A stretch of DNA of 32,000 nucleotides from Ferroglobus placidus DSM 10642. Lineage in GTDB: Archaea; Halobacteriota; Archaeoglobi; Archaeoglobales; Archaeoglobaceae. A program made the position numbers and the translations under genes. A model generated the notes under the pieces. That model made no database searches, was not told the origin of the DNA, and saw only the letters and a list, made by a program, of their open reading frames with translations. Of this stretch, positions 27,222 through 32,000 are shown piece by piece; the first letter of the stretch is position 1; each line of letters opens with the position of its first letter. Location: contig NC_013849.1 of the NCBI RefSeq assembly GCF_000025505.1, forward strand, positions 1,440,001 to 1,472,000. The letters run 5' to 3'.

Positions 27222-28100
27222 ATGCTCGTTGTAGCTTTCGAGGCTAAGCAAGTGGCTGAAAACTTCTCCGCTTCTTCGAAACTCTCAAGCGATTTAGTTT
27301 TCGCGTGTTTCGACGAGAGCGTTGCCGAAGAGGGAAAGAAATTTTTTAAAGAAGTGTATCTCATAAAAGCCGGAGACTACGATCCTTTCGTTTACTCTGA
27401 AGCTTTAAAAGAGCTCTACAACGAGGTTGGAGCTAAGGGAATTCTCATGGAATCCTCAGCCAAAGGCGTTGCTGTGGCTTCTATGCTTTCGGCTAAGCTC
27501 AACATAAGGTGCGTGAGCGATGTAAAGGCTATCGAAGACAATTACGTGAAGAGATCCGCTTTAGGAGCTGCGGAAGCTAAGGTGAAGCTTGAGCTTCCGG
27601 CTATAATTTGCGTCAAACCCGGGAGTTTCGAGAAGGCTGAAGGGAAGGAGAGCGGAGAGGTGAAAGTCGTAGAGAAGAGCTTCGAGAGAAAAATCAATTT
27701 GCTGGAGTTCAAGGAGAAGGAAAAGGGAGCCGACATAAGCGAGGCGGAAGTCGTAGTCTGTGCCGGGAGAGGTGTAAAGAAGAAAGAGGACTTGGCTATG
27801 CTCGAAGAACTTGCGAAGCTTTTAAACGGAGCTGTGGGGGTGAGCAGACCTCTTTCAGCCGACTTGAAGTGGATGCCGAACTGGGTGGGGATGAGCGGAA
27901 TAACCGTGAAGCCTAAACTTTATATAGGTGTCGGAGTTTCCGGACAGATTCAGCACGTGGCTGGAATAAGGGATTCCAAAATAATAGTGGCGATAAACAA
28001 CGATCCAAAAGCACCGATATTCGAGAACGCTGATTACGGAATCGTGGGAGATCTCTACGAGGTTGTGCCGAAGCTGATAGAAAAGCTCAAGCAAAGCTAA
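27222..28100 (+). CDS. etfA: Electron transfer flavoprotein alpha subunit
   Basis: VVCAGRGVKKKED, GAVGVSRPLSAD, YIGVGVSGQIQHVAGIRDSKIIVAINNDPKAPIFENADYGIVGDLYEVVP. Confidence 0.92.
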   Translation: MLVVAFEAKQVAENFSASSKLSSDLVFACFDESVAEEGKKFFKEVYLIKAGDYDPFVYSEALKELYNEVGAKGILMESSAKGVAVASMLSAKLNIRCVSDVKAIEDNYVKRSALGAAEAKVKLELPAIICVKPGSFEKAEGKESGEVKVVEKSFERKINLLEFKEKEKGADISEAEVVVCAGRGVKKKEDLAMLEELAKLLNGAVGVSRPLSADLKWMPNWVGMSGITVKPKLYIGVGVSGQIQHVAGIRDSKIIVAINNDPKAPIFENADYGIVGDLYEVVPKLIEKLKQS

Positions 28101-28110
28101 CTTTTATTTT

Positions 28111-28476
28111 TTACGGGTAAAACAGTGAGTGAATCTGGCTGACCAAGCTCTGAATGAAGTAGTTCTTCGCTATTCCGCTTTTTAACGTTTTGTAAAACTG
28201 CAAGTCTTCGAAGATCTCTATTGCTATGATTTTGGGGAGCGTCCTTATTCTGTCTTCGAAGAGAGCTATAGCAACTTCAGCAGCTCTGCTTTCGAGCTTC
28301 ATCCTTACGAAGTTGGAGTAGATGGGCTTGAGCTCCTTTATTATCTCTTCTTTCATCATCTTTTCCTGAGATTTCGAGAGAAAGATCGCTCTCAGAAGAT
28401 TTTTTAGCCTCTCGGCTTTGGTTCTCCTGAACTTTTTGGAGATGTAGCGATTCACCGAGGCTATCTCGCTCTCCAT
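28111..28476 (-). CDS. Hypothetical protein (121 aa)
   Basis: Intact helical ORF convergent with etfA. No family recognised. Confidence 0.5.
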   Translation of the reverse strand: MESEIASVNRYISKKFRRTKAERLKNLLRAIFLSKSQEKMMKEEIIKELKPIYSNFVRMKLESRAAEVAIALFEDRIRTLPKIIAIEIFEDLQFYKTLKSGIAKNYFIQSLVSQIHSLFYP

Positions 28477-28582
28477 TTGAATAATGTTATTGATTGACGA
28501 TGATAAATTTTTCTGTTGTGGGATTCTTTAAAAATTAGGAGGAAAACTTGACAACGGCTTTATTCAAACAGTTTTAAAATCT

Positions 28583-28674
28583 CACTACAAACCAGTGAGT
28601 CTCAATCCTCTTCTCAGCTCCACCTTTACCCATGGGTAAACAGTGTCGTAAACGAATGCAATCTTCATAATCAT
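28583..28674 (-). pseudogene. Glycosyltransferase 5'-end remnant
   Basis: Minus strand reads MIMKIAFVYDTVYPWVK then, in a shifted frame, GGAEKRIETHWFVV, the N-terminal signature of GT4-type enzymes. Confidence 0.55.
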
Positions 28675-29034
28675 GAAATCAGACCAAATACCCTCTTAAT
28701 GACGTTTTTAACTTCAATTAGCTTTTCAGATTTTAGCTTTCCGACCTTCTTGAGAATTAAATTTTTCTCTACGGTAAAGATTGAATGACAGTGAATGTAG
28801 CTTGTTTTCTTTAGCTTTCCCTCCTCAAGATCGTTTGGAGTTATTTCGATTTCAAAATCAGGTAATTGTTGAGAGGAACTAATTTTGGCGACTATCAAAT
28901 CAGTCGATATATTATTCAGTTACTTCTGAGCTTAAAACCAGTACAGGTCTAAGCTTTTTACCTATCAAATCTGTAAACGGCAACTCAAGAATAACCACGT
29001 CACCTTCTTTATAACTCGAAAAGCTCTTCTGCAT
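28671..29034 (-). pseudogene. MazF/PemK-like toxin gene split by a single-base frameshift
   Basis: Frame 1: MQKSFSSYKEGDVVILELPFTDLIGKKLRPVLVLSSEVTE*. Shifted frame: NNISTDLIVAKISSSQQLPDFEIEITPNDLEEGKLKKTSYIHCHSIFTVEKNLILKKVGKL. Confidence 0.7.
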
Positions 29035-29194
29035 CCTCACCCTCCTTCAAAATCTTCAGATATCCGTGCAATTTTAATTCATCTATCGTCTTTGCCTCCC
29101 CTATGCTTAAAACGACTTTTGATCTTTCGGGAATATCCAATTTCTCCAACGGTATTAGAACTCCTTTCTCGTAAATGCATTCAATTTTCCTCAT
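29009..29194 (-). CDS. DUF104-like antitoxin
   Basis: MRKIECIYEKGVLIPLEKLDIPERSKVVLSI. Its 3' end overlaps the toxin start. Confidence 0.75.
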   Translation of the reverse strand: MRKIECIYEKGVLIPLEKLDIPERSKVVLSIGEAKTIDELKLHGYLKILKEGEDAEELFEL

Positions 29195-29269
29195 AACATC
29201 TCCTAAGAACAAATATTTTGAAATATGTTTCGTTCAGATGTGCAAATCTATGCGCACGGGTACTACGTT

Positions 29270-29383
29270 ATTTTTATGACATCCCTTTCACCATCAGCTC
29301 CAAACCAGTGGACCTCATGCTTTTTAGCTAATCTTCTAAATCTTCTACTTATTTCGTAATTATTTTTATAATGCGATCTTCAT
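29270..29383 (-). pseudogene. Glycosyltransferase 5'-end remnant
   Basis: Minus strand ATGAAGATCGCATTATAA (MKIAL*) then YEISRRFRRLAKKHEVHWFGADGERDVIKI in another frame. Confidence 0.6.
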
Positions 29384-29384
29384 T

Positions 29385-29603
29385 TTATGTCCTCATCATA
29401 CCTTTTATCGGTTTCTGTTCGAGAATTGGTTGCAGAAAGCTAAGAATCACTCTCGAAGCGTCCAGAATCTCAATTTTTACAACCCTATTCTCCTCTGAAT
29501 AGTGAAGTATTATGTTTTCGTCGTATTCTTCCCCATATTTCGGCTTTTCGTCTAGTGATCTTATCTCAAGTACATCCGAATCTGGATAGTATCTTATCTT
29601 CAT
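29385..29603 (-). CDS. DUF2283-like antitoxin candidate
   Basis: MKIRYYPDSDVLEIRSLDEKPKYGEEYDENIILHYSEENRVVKIEILDASR. Confidence 0.75.
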   Translation of the reverse strand: MKIRYYPDSDVLEIRSLDEKPKYGEEYDENIILHYSEENRVVKIEILDASRVILSFLQPILEQKPIKGMMRT

Positions 29604-29922
29604 ACATTACCACCCTGGCAATATATAACGTTACTACGACGGGTATGCCGTTTTCGTACTCGTAAACAACTCTGATTAGATGATCGTTTAGCAACTTATG
29701 TGCTACAAATCTCCCACTGTAGCCTCTTACAACTTCATTCGGGAAGAATAAGGCTCTCAAAACGTTCTCCAAATTTACATCGTATTCCTCGGAAGCATCT
29801 AATAGGTGATTGGTTAGAAGAAGCTTTATGCATCTCGTAAATTCTCTTCTCCGCTCAGCCTTTTGTCGTGGATGGACAGCGTCGTAGATGAATGCTATCT
29901 TCATCACCACTTCACCTAACAC
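29566..29922 (-). CDS. DUF4258-like toxin candidate with an apparently chimeric N-terminus
   Basis: NVLRALFFPNEVVRGYSGRFVAHKLLNDHLIRVVYEYENGIPVVVTLY resembles DUF4258-type toxins. The first ~25 residues derive from a glycosyltransferase start. True start unknown. Confidence 0.6.
   Translation of the reverse strand: MLGEVVMKIAFIYDAVHPRQKAERRREFTRCIKLLLTNHLLDASEEYDVNLENVLRALFFPNEVVRGYSGRFVAHKLLNDHLIRVVYEYENGIPVVVTLYIARVVMYEDKILSRFGCT
29845..29906 (-). pseudogene. Glycosyltransferase 5'-end remnant (within the toxin ORF's 5' end)
   Basis: MKIAFIYDAVHP then, in a shifted frame, AEKRIYEMHKA. Confidence 0.55.
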
Positions 29923-30344
29923 AGAATTTTAATCTTATTATTCTCATTATTATTTTTTTATTATTTTTTGATTTCGTTGAGCACGTTAATAGGACAAACC
30001 CCTCTGGAGGATTCAACTACATCTGGTGTACGCTTGATTATGGGGAAATACTGAGACTTTGCAATGAGGTGCGTTATCGTATCTGAATAAACTCCAAAAC
30101 GTAGCCGCTCAGAAATACGATTTTGCTTCTGATCTAAACTCCTATCGACTGATATTTTCATTCCACGTACTTTCTTTAACGAGTTCGGAATAATCGAAAG
30201 CCATTTAGACAGCGCCTTTTAATTTTTTGGTGAATTTAGTGATTATAATTGTGATAGTATTAATTATGTTCTGGAAACTATAAATATGAAAAATTTTAAA
30301 TCTGTAGTCAAAGAAATTTATTTTTGCTGGTGGAGGGTTTCTAA

Positions 30345-30590
30345 ATGATCAAGAGATCTAAATGGGAAATAACTTATGCGATTCTTAAATCCATTCAAAA
30401 CGGCGAAAAGTCGAAGACTCGCATAATGTACGAGGCGTACTTAGACTGGAGAAATTTTAGCAGATATATAAAATTTTTAATTGATAAAAATCTCGTCGTC
30501 GAAAAGAACGGAGGAAAGCTGGAGATAACGCAAAAAGGAGAAAAGATTCTGAAAATCATGGAGGAGCTAATCGAACTTATAAAAGACTAA
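30345..30590 (+). CDS. Small winged-helix DNA-binding protein
   Basis: 81 aa MIKRSKWEITYAILKSIQNGEKSKTRIMYEAYLDWRNFSRYIKFLIDKNLVV..., typical of archaeal single-domain wHTH proteins. Confidence 0.75.
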   Translation: MIKRSKWEITYAILKSIQNGEKSKTRIMYEAYLDWRNFSRYIKFLIDKNLVVEKNGGKLEITQKGEKILKIMEELIELIKD

Positions 30591-30674
30591 TTTTATATAA
30601 TTATTTTTAAAATATCCACTTTTTTAATATGTTTTAAACACATGTAAAAACCACAGAGAAATGTCTCATCTGGA

Positions 30675-30684
30675 TTTATATATT
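30675..30684 (+). promoter_or_regulatory. Candidate ancestral TATA box of the TasA-like gene, now separated from it by the IS element
   Basis: TTTATATATT. After virtual excision of the IS and one TSD copy its centre falls about 45 nt upstream of ATG 31491. Confidence 0.4.
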
Positions 30685-30685
30685 A

Positions 30686-30693
30686 GCATTTTG
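30686..30693 (+). repeat. Target-site duplication, left copy (GCATTTTG)
   Basis: Perfect 8/8 match to 31452-31459. Confidence 0.88.
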
Positions 30694-30717
30694 GGTAGTG
30701 TCACTATAATGTTGATA
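30694..30717 (+). repeat. IS terminal inverted repeat, left
   Basis: GGTAGTGTCACTATAATGTTGATA, 18/24 identical to the reverse complement of 31428-31451. Confidence 0.8.
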
Positions 30718-31142
30718 AATTATAGTAATGAATCCACAATTTAAAAGAATTTTCGAGCATTTCCGAGGATTTTGAGAATCTGATTGATTTTCTTGCGAAT
30801 CTCGGATTATCATTTCTCAGAGTTAAGAATAACCTTTCAACGTGGTTCGTTCCTCCTCTTCTTACGATTCTCTGCCTGTAAGGAATCAAATTATAAGCGT
30901 CCCAGCGATCCGTGTAGAAAATTGCTTTCCGCTTTATTTCATCGCCAATTCCGTCCCACAATTTCTTGAAAGTATCCACAGAACGATCTCCTATTGCATA
31001 ACTTATTATTTTTCGGGAATTTCTCTCTAAAGCAATCCAAATCCAGATTTCGTTTTCCTTTTTCTTAACAAAACTCCAAGCTTCATCTAACTCGATAACA
31101 GGCTTTTCCGATCTAATCTCATTTCTCAGGTCTTTTTTTAGA
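30704..31142 (-). CDS. IS1-family transposase, InsB-like catalytic part (different frame from the N-terminal part)
   Basis: Continuous frame LKKDLRNEIRSEKPVIELDEAWSFVKKKENEIWIWIALERNSRKIISYAIGDRSVDTFKK...FYTDRWDAY...TNHVERLFLTLRNDNPRFARKSIRFSKS. The track only reports it from a GTG at 30979. Confidence 0.85.
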
Positions 31143-31418
31143 AAATTCTCTTACCCAAGCTGTCACAGTGTTAGGAGAAAGCTTGAAAATTCTGCTCGCT
31201 TGTCTTATCCCTACACCCTCCTTCACAACAGCTCTAACTACCATCTCCTTAAATTCCTCGGGATAATTCCTCGGCTTTATCGGATTCAAAACGAAAGTTC
31301 TCCCGCAGCTCTTGCATTTGTATCTCTGCCTCCTCTCACCAGATTTCGTGTAATAACAGCCCATTTTCACAGTTTTTATCGATTTGCAATGCGGACACAT
31401 CATCACCGATTTATCCAA
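31119..31418 (-). CDS. IS1-family transposase, InsA-like N-terminal part (Zn ribbon + HTH)
   Basis: CPHCKSIKTVKMGCYYTKSGERRQRYKCKSCGRTF, GIRQASRIFKLSPNTVTAWVREF. ATG at 31403 is an alternative start. Confidence 0.87.
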   Translation of the reverse strand: MDKSVMMCPHCKSIKTVKMGCYYTKSGERRQRYKCKSCGRTFVLNPIKPRNYPEEFKEMVVRAVVKEGVGIRQASRIFKLSPNTVTAWVREFSKKRPEK

Positions 31419-31427
31419 CTAATTGAA

Positions 31428-31451
31428 TATAAACATTACTGAGGCATTACC
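31428..31451 (-). repeat. IS terminal inverted repeat, right
   Basis: Reverse complement is GGTAATGCCTCAGTAATGTTTATA. Confidence 0.8.
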
Positions 31452-31459
31452 GCATTTTG
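31452..31459 (+). repeat. Target-site duplication, right copy (GCATTTTG)
   Basis: Perfect match to 30686-30693. Confidence 0.88.
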
Positions 31460-31490
31460 TAACGTATTTTATCGAAACGAGGTGTGGAGT

Positions 31491-32000
31491 ATGAGGTGGG
31501 TAGTTAGTTTGTTGGTTTTGGGAGTGGTAGGAATACTACTCGGAAGCGGAACACTCGCGTACTTCAGCGACACTGAGACAAGCGAGGACAACTACATAGC
31601 GGCTGGAACGCTTGAGCTCAAGCTTGGAGACGGTGACAACACGTGGTATGACGATCCAGACATACCAAACTACACCATCAGCGATGTCTACCCAGGATGG
31701 AGTGACTGGGTTGACTTCTACGCGAAGAACTTTGGAAGCATCGACGGTGACCTTTACATGAAGGTCACATACACGGAGAACAGTGGGGACAACCCCGAGG
31801 CTGAAGGTTCTCCGGATGATGCAGTTCTTGACGACTACCTATGCGTTGCAATTACTGTTGGTGGAAGTTCTCTTAACCTCAACACCTACGATGAAAACAA
31901 TGATGGATGTGTTTCCCTTTCAGAAATTGCTGATCAGTACATTTCGCTTGGTGACTTAGCTGCAAACGACATGGTTAACATCCGAATCGATGTGAACATC
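31491..32000 (+). CDS. TasA/camelysin-like secreted fibre-type protein (3' truncated by window edge)
   Basis: Open frame absent from the track: MRWVVSLLVLGVVGILLGSGTLAYFSDTETSEDNYIAAGTLELKLGDGDNTW...DVYPGWSDWVDFYAKNFGSIDGDLYMKV. GAGGTG lies upstream of the ATG. TLAYFSDTETS...AGTLEL is characteristic of the SipW-dependent/TasA family. Confidence 0.8.
   Translation, partial: MRWVVSLLVLGVVGILLGSGTLAYFSDTETSEDNYIAAGTLELKLGDGDNTWYDDPDIPNYTISDVYPGWSDWVDFYAKNFGSIDGDLYMKVTYTENSGDNPEAEGSPDDAVLDDYLCVAITVGGSSLNLNTYDENNDGCVSLSEIADQYISLGDLAANDMVNIRIDVNI

Larger units (their letters stand above)
30694..31451 (-). mobile_element. IS1-family insertion sequence (758 bp)
   Basis: IS1-type transposase frames, terminal inverted repeats GGTAGTGTCACTATAATGTTGATA / GGTAATGCCTCAGTAATGTTTATA (18/24), and a perfect flanking 8-bp duplication. 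Confidence 0.9.

Noticed and set aside
26813-27364. 183-aa minus-strand ORF across the etfB/etfA junction
   Set aside because: Ser/Thr/Phe-rich shadow spanning two confidently assigned plus-strand genes.
30784-30969. Plus-strand ORF inside the IS element
   Set aside because: Antisense to the conserved catalytic part of the transposase.
1-32000. CRISPR arrays, rRNA genes or prophage structural modules
   Set aside because: No regularly spaced direct repeats, rRNA-like sequence or phage structural/packaging genes seen on either strand.

Overview
The window looks archaeal: TATA-type promoters, KEOPS Pcc1 next to a DHH/RecJ-like protein, archaeal RibL, and split archaeal-type GltB subunits. It is probably an Archaeoglobi member (inference from gene content). 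Most of it is ordinary metabolism: tRNA-Val, a sugar/phosphoribulokinase cluster, a GS/GOGAT cluster, hisC, acyl-CoA synthetase, ribL, pcc1/recJ-like, a livFGMHK ABC transporter, and a FixC/FixX/ACAD/EtfBA operon. Three accessory regions stand out. (1) 12186-14517 holds a membrane-anchored wHTH protein divergent from a three-gene cassette: an exported protein resembling DUF6345 with a clan-CD-like His-Gly/Cys signature, a membrane-anchored ectodomain protein, and a small membrane protein. It is followed by a decayed nitrilase-family remnant at 14538-14805. (2) 28583-29906 is a minus-strand array alternating degenerate glycosyltransferase 5' ends with two toxin-antitoxin modules, DUF104/MazF-like (toxin frameshifted) and DUF4258/DUF2283-like. 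(3) 30694-31451 is an IS1-family element with readable terminal inverted repeats and a perfect 8-bp target duplication. It appears to have landed between the TATA box and the start codon of a TasA/camelysin-like gene that runs off the right edge. Family names come from recognising motifs by eye; no database search was run.
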